A stretch of DNA of 61,199 bases, taken from assembly GCA_045577635.1 (NCBI GenBank), contig JAZNIS010000101.1:1-61199 (forward strand), read 5' to 3'. The stretch is from Clostridia bacterium. Its GTDB lineage: Bacteria > Bacillota > Clostridia > Christensenellales > UBA1242. Shown here one piece after another: positions 8,654 to 17,404 of this stretch. The translations under genes and the position numbers were made by a program. Position 1 is the first letter of the stretch. Every line of letters starts with the position of its first letter. The notes beneath the pieces were generated by a model, which was given only the letters and a program-made list of their open reading frames with translations, did not search any database and was not told the origin of the DNA.

Positions 8654-9772
8654 ATGAAAAAAAATGAATTAGAATTACAAAGCAAAAGAACTTGTTTTGA
8701 TTTAAAGGATAGTGGAATAAATTTCGTATTATCGTTAATTATTCCTTTTTTAGCATCTTTGGCACTTATTGTGTTGTTTATGTTTCTAGCGGCTTTTAGT
8801 GGCTATAATTATAATGATTTTTTAGAAACAGAATTTGTAAAAATTATTAACATGTTATTCACTCCAACGGTGTTTTTCTTTATTTACTTTATTTATTGCA
8901 GAAAAACAAAGGTTAATGTTTTTAAAGCTTCGGAAATTAATTTTAAATTTGAATGGCTAAAACTTTTAACAATTGTTGTTATGGCTGTTACAAGTGTATT
9001 TTTAATTTCACCAATTATTAGTTTGTTAAACTATGGTTTTTCTTTAATAAACTATGACCCAAGCAACGAATTACCATATGTTATGGATAATGCTTGGAGA
9101 TTAATTGCAGGAATTATTACAATGGCTGTGTTGCCAGCAATTTGTGAAGAGCTTTTATTTAGGGGATTAATTTTTAAAGGTTTACAAGAAAAATTTAATC
9201 CACATATTGCAATTGTTATTTCGGCTGCTATGTTTACACTGCTACATGGTAGTTTACAACAAACTGTTTATCAATTTATTTTAGGTATGATGCTTGGTTA
9301 TGCTATGTATTATGGAAAAAGCATAATTTATCCAATGTTATTGCACTTTGTTAACAATCTTGTGGTTGTTATTAGTTCTTTCTGTTACACATTAAGGGGT
9401 GTAGATGTTAATGTTGACCCCGTTTACAATTCTGCTTTGGATTATATTTTGCCGGTTTTATATTTTATTTTGGCAGCAGTAATTATTGTGGGTTTAATTT
9501 TTGTTTTAAGGTATTTAGAAAATAGAAATAAACAAAATGTTGTTGAAGAAGGGCTAGAAATTAAATTACCGGCCAACAATTTAGAAAATGAAATTAAAAA
9601 AGAAGAAAATGTGGAAACTACTGAAGGTGATAATAATATAATAGTAGAAGAGCCAAAAGTAGAAGAAACAAAAAATTTAACAAAATCGGATAAGATTTTT
9701 CTTTATGGGTCTTTGGGTTTGGGTTTGTTTTTATGGTTAACCAATACCATTATGCAATTTTTTGGAATTTAA
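8654..9772 (+). CDS. CPBP-family (CAAX-protease-like) intramembrane metalloprotease, paralog 1, with a charged C-terminal extension and an extra TM helix
   Basis: Polytopic membrane protein. Motifs PAICEELLFRG, FTLLHG and LLHFVNN correspond to the EExxxR / FxxxH / HxxxN CPBP signature. Confidence 0.85.
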   Translation: MKKNELELQSKRTCFDLKDSGINFVLSLIIPFLASLALIVLFMFLAAFSGYNYNDFLETEFVKIINMLFTPTVFFFIYFIYCRKTKVNVFKASEINFKFEWLKLLTIVVMAVTSVFLISPIISLLNYGFSLINYDPSNELPYVMDNAWRLIAGIITMAVLPAICEELLFRGLIFKGLQEKFNPHIAIVISAAMFTLLHGSLQQTVYQFILGMMLGYAMYYGKSIIYPMLLHFVNNLVVVISSFCYTLRGVDVNVDPVYNSALDYILPVLYFILAAVIIVGLIFVLRYLENRNKQNVVEEGLEIKLPANNLENEIKKEENVETTEGDNNIIVEEPKVEETKNLTKSDKIFLYGSLGLGLFLWLTNTIMQFFGI

Positions 9773-9788
9773 AAAATAAAAGGAAACT

Positions 9789-10931
9789 ATGAAAAAATCA
9801 AACATTTATAAAGTATATTTAATATATTTTATTAGCATGCTTCTATTCTGTTGTTTAAGAATAGCGGCATCTTTTGGTTTGTTTGAATTAATGCATCCCG
9901 ACATATCAAACATTGTTTACACTGTAATTATTCAGGTTGGATTAATGTTTGTTTTACCTTTTACAATTTATACATTAATGTTTCATAACAAAGATGGTTT
10001 TAGTGGAACTTTTAGAGATACTCATTTAAGTCATGGTATTTCGTTTAGAGTGGTTCTAATTTCGTTCGCACTTGGCATTTTGGCATTTTGCATTAATATT
10101 GCTGTTTCAACTTTGTTTAATGGAATTATTGCATTTTTTGGTTATTCACAACCGGTTACAGCTGTTGGTGAATCCGAAGGTTCTTTATTCCCAGATTGGG
10201 TAAACTTTTTAATTCAGTTAGGAACAGTTGCTGTTTTACCTGCTTTTTGTGAAGAATTTATACATCGTGGAATTTTATTTAGGGGAATTAGAACAATAGG
10301 TTATAAAAAAGCCATTATAATTAGTTCCTTGTTGTTTGGACTATTGCACTTTAACATTAATCAATTTTTCTATGCTTTTGTTTTAGGAATGTTAATGGCT
10401 TTAATTTGTGTTGTTTCAAAAAGTATTTATCCGGCAATTATTATTCACTTTACAAACAATGCTATAAGTGTATATTTAAGTTCGGCTGAGCAATATGGTT
10501 GGTTTGGTAAAAACTTTTATAATGTTTTAAATAACTTTTTACAAACAAGCACACCATTTTTAACTTTTATTTCGTGCTTTGTGTTTTTAACTTTGGTTGT
10601 TGTTTTAATTATTTTACTAATTGCCAGAATGTTTAAGTTGTCAACATTAAACAAGGTGCAAAAAGTAATAAATTCTATATATACCGAAAATGAAAAAGCA
10701 ACAACAAATTCTCCAATTGTTGTGGAAAAAAGCAAAATGCTTCAAGAAATGCTTGAAAGTAACACAACTTTAAACTTAAATTATGAAGAGATGAAAAGTC
10801 CAATTGATGTTGTGTTGCCTAAACAAAAAAACATATATAAGCCACAATTAGAAGATAATTTATTTTTAATTTCAGCAACAGTTTTAGGTGGATTAATAAC
10901 CTTTTTCACTTTTTTGTGGGGGTTGGTATGA
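9789..10931 (+). CDS. CPBP-family intramembrane metalloprotease, paralog 2
   Basis: PAFCEEFIHRG, FGLLHF and IIHFTNN motifs, with multiple TM helices. The stop overlaps the rlmH start (ATGA at 10928-10931). Confidence 0.85.
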   Translation: MKKSNIYKVYLIYFISMLLFCCLRIAASFGLFELMHPDISNIVYTVIIQVGLMFVLPFTIYTLMFHNKDGFSGTFRDTHLSHGISFRVVLISFALGILAFCINIAVSTLFNGIIAFFGYSQPVTAVGESEGSLFPDWVNFLIQLGTVAVLPAFCEEFIHRGILFRGIRTIGYKKAIIISSLLFGLLHFNINQFFYAFVLGMLMALICVVSKSIYPAIIIHFTNNAISVYLSSAEQYGWFGKNFYNVLNNFLQTSTPFLTFISCFVFLTLVVVLIILLIARMFKLSTLNKVQKVINSIYTENEKATTNSPIVVEKSKMLQEMLESNTTLNLNYEEMKSPIDVVLPKQKNIYKPQLEDNLFLISATVLGGLITFFTFLWGLV

Positions 10932-11401
10932 TATCGGTAAAAATTGCTTGTGTAGGAAATGTTAAGGAAAAGTATTTTAGAGATGCTTTGGAAGAGTATT
11001 ATAAACGACTTACTCGTTATGTAAATTTAAAAGTTGTTGAAGTTAAGGAAGAACCTGTGCCAAAAGGTGCAAGTTTAAATGAAATTGAAAAAATTAAAGA
11101 TTTAGAATGTGATAGGTTAATTAGTCAGTGTGAAGGATATGTTATTCTTTTAACACCAACAGGAAAATCTTTTTCTAGCCCAGAATTTGCTAAACATTTA
11201 AAGAAAATTGAAGAATCTTTTAGTAGTATAACCTTTGTTATTGGTGGTAGTTATGGTGTAAATCAAAAAATGATTTCAAAGGCAAATTTAAGTATTAAGT
11301 TTGGCGATTTCACCTTTCCACATCAACTGTTTAGAGTTATGCTTTCGGAACAAATTTACAGGGCTTATACTATAATTAATAATGTAACATATCATAAGTG
11401 A
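10928..11401 (+). CDS. rlmH: 23S rRNA (pseudouridine1915-N3)-methyltransferase RlmH
   Basis: MISVKIACVGNVKEKYFRDALEEYYKRL... and TFVIGGSYG are typical of SPOUT RlmH. I place the start at ATG 10928 (ATGA overlap with the upstream stop) rather than the track's GTG at 10916. Confidence 0.9.
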   Translation: MISVKIACVGNVKEKYFRDALEEYYKRLTRYVNLKVVEVKEEPVPKGASLNEIEKIKDLECDRLISQCEGYVILLTPTGKSFSSPEFAKHLKKIEESFSSITFVIGGSYGVNQKMISKANLSIKFGDFTFPHQLFRVMLSEQIYRAYTIINNVTYHK

Positions 11402-11406
11402 TTTAT

Positions 11407-11868
11407 ATGGAAAAACAAGATTTTATGCAACAAGCAATAGTTTTGGCAAATAAAGCAGCAAAAAATGGAGACATTCCGGTTGGTGCTTTAATTGTTTGTG
11501 ATGGTAAAGTTGTGGGCAAAGGATACAATAAAAAAGAAAAAAATAAAAATGCCTTGCTTCATGCTGAAATTGTTGCAATTAATAATGCTAGTAAAAAATT
11601 AAATGATTATCGGTTAGAAAATTGTGAAATGTATGTAACATTTGAACCTTGCTTAATGTGTGTTGGTGCAATTTTAAGTGCCAGAATTAAAAAAGTGTAT
11701 TTTGGTGCTTACGATAAAAGATTTGGTGCTAGTGAACTACTTATAAATAACAATTTTAATCATACAACACCTTTTGAAGGTGGAATTATGGAAGAAGATT
11801 GTTCGGCTTTATTAACGGATTTTTTTAAACAATTGCGAAAGAATAAGAAAAAAGTTGATAGTAATTAG
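11407..11868 (+). CDS. tadA: tRNA-specific adenosine deaminase TadA
   Basis: Deaminase zinc motifs HAEIVAI and PCLMCVGA, with length around 150 aa. The start is moved to ATG 11407 (MEKQDFMQQA...), in frame with the track ORF. Confidence 0.9.
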   Translation: MEKQDFMQQAIVLANKAAKNGDIPVGALIVCDGKVVGKGYNKKEKNKNALLHAEIVAINNASKKLNDYRLENCEMYVTFEPCLMCVGAILSARIKKVYFGAYDKRFGASELLINNNFNHTTPFEGGIMEEDCSALLTDFFKQLRKNKKKVDSN

Positions 11869-11870
11869 GG

Positions 11871-12731
11871 TTGGTGCTCAAATTGATTAAAACGGAAACA
11901 GTTTTACAAACAGATATTAACTTAAAAAAAGACATATCTGTTTTAATTTTTACAGATGATAATTATTTGGTGACACTGTTAGAAAAAACAATGCTTAATT
12001 GGGTTGAAAGTGCAGTTGAAGGTTATTCTGTAAAAGTGGTAAAATTTAATGAAAAACAAACAGAAATAAGCCAAATTAAAAAGAATTTAGCAAAAACGAA
12101 ATATATGCTTGTGTTATATTCTTTTAACCCTTTGTTAACAAATAAAAATTTGGCAGTTTGTTTAGATTATTTAATTTTAAAAGACGAAAATTTAATAAAA
12201 CTACCTTTTGGATATGTGTTTAAAACCGAATATTTTAAGAAGGTAAAGGAAATTAAAGAACCACTTTTGTTTAGTGGTGATAAAAGTGAATTTTTAAAAA
12301 TTAGCTCTGAAGCAGAAATTGGTTATGCAGCCGAAGTTTTGCAACGAAGAATAATTAATAATCACATTTTAAATGGTGTTAAGTTTTTAAATCCACAATC
12401 GGTGGTAGTTAATGCAAATGTTTTAATAGAACCTAATGTTACAATTTATTCGTTTAACACTTTAAGTGGTGAAACCCACATTAAAAAGGGTGCTATTTTA
12501 AAGGAAGGCAACACCATTATTAATTCTGAAATAGGGGCAAACACTGCTGTTGCTAATAGTATTATTACAGATAGTACTATTTCATCTAATTCGGTAATTT
12601 TCCCGTTTAACACAATTGAACAAAATTCTTTTATTGGGGCAAATTGTGTTATTAAAAGTTATAATAAAATTGTTAATGCTTGCATTAACGAGAATACCAC
12701 AGTTGAAAGTTTTAATGATATAGGATGTTAG
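11871..12731 (+). CDS. GlmU N-terminal-like protein: degenerate nucleotidyltransferase domain, linker helix and left-handed beta-helix repeats
   Basis: TTG start. LVLYSFNPLLTNKNL aligns to GlmU hhhxGDxPLh. EAEIGYAAEVLQRRIINNHILNGVKFLNPQSV aligns to the GlmU linker helix. Hexapeptide repeats follow. The N-terminal LxxGxGTRM signature is absent (VLIFTDDNYLV), and the GD of the metal site reads SF. Confidence 0.6.
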   Translation: MVLKLIKTETVLQTDINLKKDISVLIFTDDNYLVTLLEKTMLNWVESAVEGYSVKVVKFNEKQTEISQIKKNLAKTKYMLVLYSFNPLLTNKNLAVCLDYLILKDENLIKLPFGYVFKTEYFKKVKEIKEPLLFSGDKSEFLKISSEAEIGYAAEVLQRRIINNHILNGVKFLNPQSVVVNANVLIEPNVTIYSFNTLSGETHIKKGAILKEGNTIINSEIGANTAVANSIITDSTISSNSVIFPFNTIEQNSFIGANCVIKSYNKIVNACINENTTVESFNDIGC

Positions 12732-12748
12732 TTTTTTAGGAGTAAATT

Positions 12749-13342
12749 ATGCAAAAATCAGGCATATTTACTAATGAAGAATATTCTGTTATAATTAATA
12801 AAAATTCTAAAATTTTAAATTTTAACAAGTTGCAAAATTGCACAATTTATTCAGCAACAATAATGGGGAGCGATATAGCTAATTCGGTGGTTGCAACGGG
12901 TGCCATAGTTAAACACAGCTGTTTAAGTGGCACAATTATAAGAAGAAGTGCAACAGTTGGTCCTTTTAGTAATTTAAGGGAAGGGTCGGTTATAGGCGAA
13001 AATGTTAGAATTGGAAATTTTGTTGAAACTAAAAATAGTAATATAGGTGAAAAAACAAAAGTAGCACATTTAACCTATGTTGGCGATGCAACAATTGGTA
13101 AATCGGTAAATGTTGGTTGTGGAGTTGTGTTTTGCAATTATAATGGCAAAATAAAGCAAAAAACCTTTGTTTCCGATAATGTGTTTATTGGGTCAAATTC
13201 AAATTTAATTGCCCCACTTTGGATAGATAAAAACAGTTTTATTGCTGCTGGTAGCACAATAACTAATAATATTCCGTCAAACTGTTTAGCTATTGCAAGG
13301 TCAAGGCAAATAAACAAAGAAAATTACATAAATAATAATTAA
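12749..13342 (+). CDS. glmU: GlmU C-terminal acetyltransferase (LbH) domain encoded as a separate ORF
   Basis: GPFSNLREGSVIGENVRIGNFVETKNSNIGEKTKVAHLTYVGDATIGKSVNVGCGVVFCNYNGKIKQKTFVSDNVFIGSNSNLIAPL...AIARSRQINKENY aligns closely from memory to the B. subtilis and E. coli GlmU C-terminus (GPFAHIRP...GNFVE.K...SHLSYVGDA...NYDG.NK...ALAIARARQ). It has its own RBS (AGGAG at 12741-12745) and ATG. Confidence 0.8.
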   Translation: MQKSGIFTNEEYSVIINKNSKILNFNKLQNCTIYSATIMGSDIANSVVATGAIVKHSCLSGTIIRRSATVGPFSNLREGSVIGENVRIGNFVETKNSNIGEKTKVAHLTYVGDATIGKSVNVGCGVVFCNYNGKIKQKTFVSDNVFIGSNSNLIAPLWIDKNSFIAAGSTITNNIPSNCLAIARSRQINKENYINNN

Positions 13343-13353
13343 GGAGATAACAA

Positions 13354-13908
13354 ATGATAGCAATTGTAGGTTTAGGAAATATTGGTTCGCAATATGAAAA
13401 CACATATCACAATATGGGTTTTTCTGTTGTTGATAAGTTTGCAAATAAATTTGGTTTATCTTTTAACAAAACAAAGTTTTCCGGAACAATTGCCGAAGGT
13501 GTAATAAACGGCGAAAAAGTTGTTTTATTAAAGCCATCAACTTATATGAATTTAAGTGGGCAAAGTGTAAAGCAATTAGTAAAAATGTTTAAATTAGATT
13601 TAAAAAACCTATTGGTTGTTTATGATGATATTGATTTACCTGCTGGTGCTATTAGGGTTAGAAAAAGTGGAAGTGCAGGCACACATAATGGTATGAGAAA
13701 TATTGTTTTAGAACTAAATTCAACCGAATTTGCCCGTTTACGAATTGGTATTGGCAGAGATGATCGTATGAATTTAGCAGATTATGTTTTAAGCCATGTA
13801 AGCAAGGAAAACAAAGAAAAACTTGAACCTGCATTTGATGTTGCTGTTAATGTTATTGAACAATTTATAAACCTTAAAGGTGATGTTGAAAAAATTAGGG
13901 TTAACTAA
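13354..13908 (+). CDS. pth: Peptidyl-tRNA hydrolase
   Basis: IVGLGNIGSQYENTYHNMGF matches GLGNPGxxYxxTRHNxGF. 184 aa. RBS AAGGAGA. Lies upstream of mfd as in Firmicutes. Confidence 0.95.
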   Translation: MIAIVGLGNIGSQYENTYHNMGFSVVDKFANKFGLSFNKTKFSGTIAEGVINGEKVVLLKPSTYMNLSGQSVKQLVKMFKLDLKNLLVVYDDIDLPAGAIRVRKSGSAGTHNGMRNIVLELNSTEFARLRIGIGRDDRMNLADYVLSHVSKENKEKLEPAFDVAVNVIEQFINLKGDVEKIRVN

Positions 13909-16900
13909 TGTTAAAAAGTTTAATAAGTTCACAAGGAAACCTAAACAAACTTTTAAATGCGATAGATAATCATATTCCTGTTAGTGTTTTTGGTGTTGGG
14001 TTACCTGAAAAAATTTTAATATTAAATGAGTTTGAAGAACAAAAATTAATTGTTGCAGTAAGTGACGATGAGGCTGTTAACATTTATGAAACATTAATTT
14101 CGGAAGGAAAAACTGCTCATTTGCTTATAAATAATTTAGAAACAACCGTTTCTAAATTTTCTTCTGTTAGCCAAATTTCAGTTTTGGTTGCTTTGCAAAA
14201 CATTGTTAGTAATTTTGCAGAATATATTGTTGTTTCGCCAAAGGTTGTATTAAGCAAACTTCCAACAGTTAACTATATTAAAAATTTAATTTTATCGCTA
14301 AAAGTAGGCGAAAAATACAATTTAAAAGAGTTAACAAAACAACTTGTTTTAAGGGGATACAAAAAAACAGATGTTGTTTCGGAAGGGTTGGAATTTAGTG
14401 TTAAGGGTGATATTTTAACTCTTTATCCTATAAATTTAGAAAACCCTGTTAGAATTTCCTTTTTTGATGATGAAATAGAGTTTATTAAAGGGTTTAATCC
14501 AGAAACCCAACAAATAACTGAAAGTTTAGAAGAATTACAAGTTTATTCTATTAATTTTTTAGGCGATTTTAAGGGTGATATTTCCGAAAAAATTAAGTTT
14601 AAAAATAGGGAAGCTGAAGAAAAATATTTAGAAACAATAAACATTATTAAAGATGAAGTTTTAAATGGTGTTTTGCCTTGCTGGTTGCATCCTTATTTAG
14701 CAGATTTTAATAGTTCTATTTTTGAATTTTTTAATGATGAATTAATAGTTTTTGACAATCCAAAATTAATTTTAAATTCCTTAACCGAATTTTTAAAAGA
14801 GTTTAAAGAAACTGTTAAGCAGGAAATTGAAGATGGTTGTTTAACAGAAAAACATAAAAATTTTTATTTTGATATTTTAACCTTGTTTGAGTTTAAAAAT
14901 TGTAATGCTGGAATGGTTGCTTTTCAAAATTTAAACAATGCAAACAACATTTTTAAACCACATGCAGTGTTTAATATTTCAACCACTCCACAAATAAATT
15001 ATGGGTATAACAAATCAACAATTTATAACGATGTTTCTAGGTTAATTGTGCTTGGAAACACAGTGTTAATTTATGCTGAAAATAAAGAACTTGCCCTAAA
15101 AATGCAAGATATGTTTTTGCCAAAAGCAGTATCAACAAAAGTAATTACATCGCTAACACAGGTGCAAAAAAACACAGTAAATTTACTTACAAAACAAAGT
15201 GGGTTGTCGTGTGGGTTTAACGAAGAAAAGTTAGTTATTTTAGGTTTAAAATCATCAAATCGCAAAACTAAAAAATCGGCTATATCAAGCAGTTTTAACA
15301 CTTTTTTACCAGAAGTTGGTGATTATGTTGTTCATGTTAACTATGGTATTGGTAAATGTGTTGGAATTACCAAACTAACCGTTAATAATTCAACAAAAGA
15401 TTACATTGAAATTGAATATAAAAATAGTGATAAATTATTTTTGCCGGTTGAAAATATTGACACCATTTCAAAGTATGTTGGTGGCGATAAACCTAAAATT
15501 AACAAGCTTGGTTCAACCGAATTTTTAAAAACAAAACAAAAGGTTAAAGAAGGTATTAAAACCCTAACTTTTGACCTTAAAAAACTTTATGCTGAACGAA
15601 GCCAAATTAAAGGTATTAGTTTCCCTAAAGATGATGAGATTCAAGAAAGTTTTGAAAAAACTTGCAGTTTTAATTTAACTGCCGATCAAGATAAAGCAGT
15701 TATTGATGTTAAAACCGATATGGAAAGTGGAAAAGCTATGGACCGTTTAATTTGTGGTGATGTTGGCTTTGGGAAAACCGAAGTTGCTGTAAGGTCGGCT
15801 TTTAAAGCTGTTATGGCAGGTTATCAGGTAATGTTACTTTGTCCAACCACAATTTTAAGTGAACAACACTATAACACATTTATTTCCAGAATGAAAAATT
15901 TTGGTGTTAGATGTGAAGTTTTAAATAGGTTTAAAAACAAAAAACAGGTTGAAGAAATTTTATCGGGTTTAGTTTCAGGTGATGTTGATGTAATTATTGG
16001 TACACACCGATTATTAAGTGCCGATGTTAAAACAAAAAATTTAGGGCTTTTAATTTTAGATGAAGAACAACGATTTGGTGTTGAACACAAGGAAAAAATA
16101 AAAAGGTTAAAAACAAATATTGATGTTTTAACATTATCGGCAACACCTATTCCTAGAACAATGCATAGTGCATTAATAGGGGTTAAGGATATTAGTGTTA
16201 TTGAAACACCACCTTATGGTAGAGTTCCTGTTATAGCAACTGTTGCTGAACAAAGTGATAATTTAATTTCTAGTGCCGTTAGCCGAGAATTAAATCGTGA
16301 TGGACAAGTTTTAATTATTTATAACAGAGTTGAAACTATTTACGAATTTTGCGAGTATTTAAAAAGCATTATTGGTGATGATGTTGCAATAGATGTTGCA
16401 CATGGACAAATGGATGAAAAAAACCTAGAAACAGCCATTTTTAAACTTTATAATGGTGAAACACAGGTTTTGGTTAGCACAACTTTAATTGAAAACGGTG
16501 TAGATTTGCCAAGGGCAAACACCTTAATTGTTATTAATGCTGATATGCTTGGTTTAAGTCAACTTTATCAGTTAAAAGGTAGAATTGGCAGAAGTGACAA
16601 ACAAGGTTATGCAATTTTCTGTTACGATAAAGCAAAAGGGTTAAACGAAGATGCCTATAAAAGATTAGGTGCAATTGTTGAATATAGTGGTTTGGGTAAC
16701 GGATTTAAAATTGCTATGCGAGATTTGGAAATTAGGGGTGCTGGTAGTTTGTTTGGTGCTGAACAAAGTGGACATATTGAAAGTGTTGGTTATAGTATGT
16801 ATTTAACACTTTTAAACGAAGCAATTGCAGAAATTAAAGGGGAAGCAGTTAGTAAATTTTACGAAGTTAAAATTGATTGTTTCTTTGATGCAAATTTACC

Positions 16901-17297
16901 AAATTATTATGTTGAAAACAGCACAAATCGTATGGAAATTTATACGGAAATTGCAAAAATAAAAACAAATGAAGATATGGAACAAGCAGTTAAAAAATTA
17001 GAGTTTAATTTTGGCGAAGTTCCTAATGAAGTTATTAATTTAATGTTTGTTGCAAGGGTTAAAAATGCCTGTGCCGATTTGGATGTTAAAAGGGTAAGTA
17101 TTGGCTTAAAAAACACAACAATCACATTTAATTCGTCTAATAATAAACTTTTAGAAGGTTTAAGTAAGGTTATGCTTGAAAACCGTTTAAATTGTGTATT
17201 AAATTTAGAAACTTTGCCTATAATTACAATAAAAAACGATGCTAATTTGTTTATTACATTAGAAAATGTGCTTTTCGTTTTAAAATTATTAAAATAA
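13908..17297 (+). CDS. mfd: Transcription-repair coupling factor Mfd
   Basis: 1129 aa. Walker A GDVGFGKTEVA, DEEQRFG box, TLSATPIPRT and QLKGRIGRS helicase motifs. The start overlaps the pth stop by 1 nt (TAATG). Confidence 0.95.
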   Translation: MLKSLISSQGNLNKLLNAIDNHIPVSVFGVGLPEKILILNEFEEQKLIVAVSDDEAVNIYETLISEGKTAHLLINNLETTVSKFSSVSQISVLVALQNIVSNFAEYIVVSPKVVLSKLPTVNYIKNLILSLKVGEKYNLKELTKQLVLRGYKKTDVVSEGLEFSVKGDILTLYPINLENPVRISFFDDEIEFIKGFNPETQQITESLEELQVYSINFLGDFKGDISEKIKFKNREAEEKYLETINIIKDEVLNGVLPCWLHPYLADFNSSIFEFFNDELIVFDNPKLILNSLTEFLKEFKETVKQEIEDGCLTEKHKNFYFDILTLFEFKNCNAGMVAFQNLNNANNIFKPHAVFNISTTPQINYGYNKSTIYNDVSRLIVLGNTVLIYAENKELALKMQDMFLPKAVSTKVITSLTQVQKNTVNLLTKQSGLSCGFNEEKLVILGLKSSNRKTKKSAISSSFNTFLPEVGDYVVHVNYGIGKCVGITKLTVNNSTKDYIEIEYKNSDKLFLPVENIDTISKYVGGDKPKINKLGSTEFLKTKQKVKEGIKTLTFDLKKLYAERSQIKGISFPKDDEIQESFEKTCSFNLTADQDKAVIDVKTDMESGKAMDRLICGDVGFGKTEVAVRSAFKAVMAGYQVMLLCPTTILSEQHYNTFISRMKNFGVRCEVLNRFKNKKQVEEILSGLVSGDVDVIIGTHRLLSADVKTKNLGLLILDEEQRFGVEHKEKIKRLKTNIDVLTLSATPIPRTMHSALIGVKDISVIETPPYGRVPVIATVAEQSDNLISSAVSRELNRDGQVLIIYNRVETIYEFCEYLKSIIGDDVAIDVAHGQMDEKNLETAIFKLYNGETQVLVSTTLIENGVDLPRANTLIVINADMLGLSQLYQLKGRIGRSDKQGYAIFCYDKAKGLNEDAYKRLGAIVEYSGLGNGFKIAMRDLEIRGAGSLFGAEQSGHIESVGYSMYLTLLNEAIAEIKGEAVSKFYEVKIDCFFDANLPNYYVENSTNRMEIYTEIAKIKTNEDMEQAVKKLEFNFGEVPNEVINLMFVARVKNACADLDVKRVSIGLKNTTITFNSSNNKLLEGLSKVMLENRLNCVLNLETLPIITIKNDANLFITLENVLFVLKLLK

Positions 17298-17331
17298 AAG
17301 TAAAATTTTATTAAATAAAATATTTAGTTAG

Positions 17332-17360
17332 TTGCTTTTAAAATATAAATTTGTTACAAT
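17332..17360 (+). promoter_or_regulatory. Candidate sigma-A promoter with extended -10 (TTGCTT-17 nt-TGtTACAAT)
   Basis: TTGCTT at 17332-17337, 17-nt spacer, TG at 17352-17353, TACAAT at 17355-17360. It lies about 45 nt upstream of ATG 17405. Confidence 0.5.
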
Positions 17361-17404
17361 ATTACGACTTATTATTATGTGCAATAATGCTTAAATGGAG
17401 AGTT

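Noticed and set aside
8488-11401. Possibility of Mollicutes-type code 4 (TGA = Trp), given the very low GC
   Set aside because: TGA ends the HtrA-like ORF at 8488-8490 inside a terminator hairpin. TGA also ends the second CPBP gene (10929-10931, ATGA overlap with rlmH) and rlmH (11399-11401). Protein ends match family expectations, so the standard code 11 fits.
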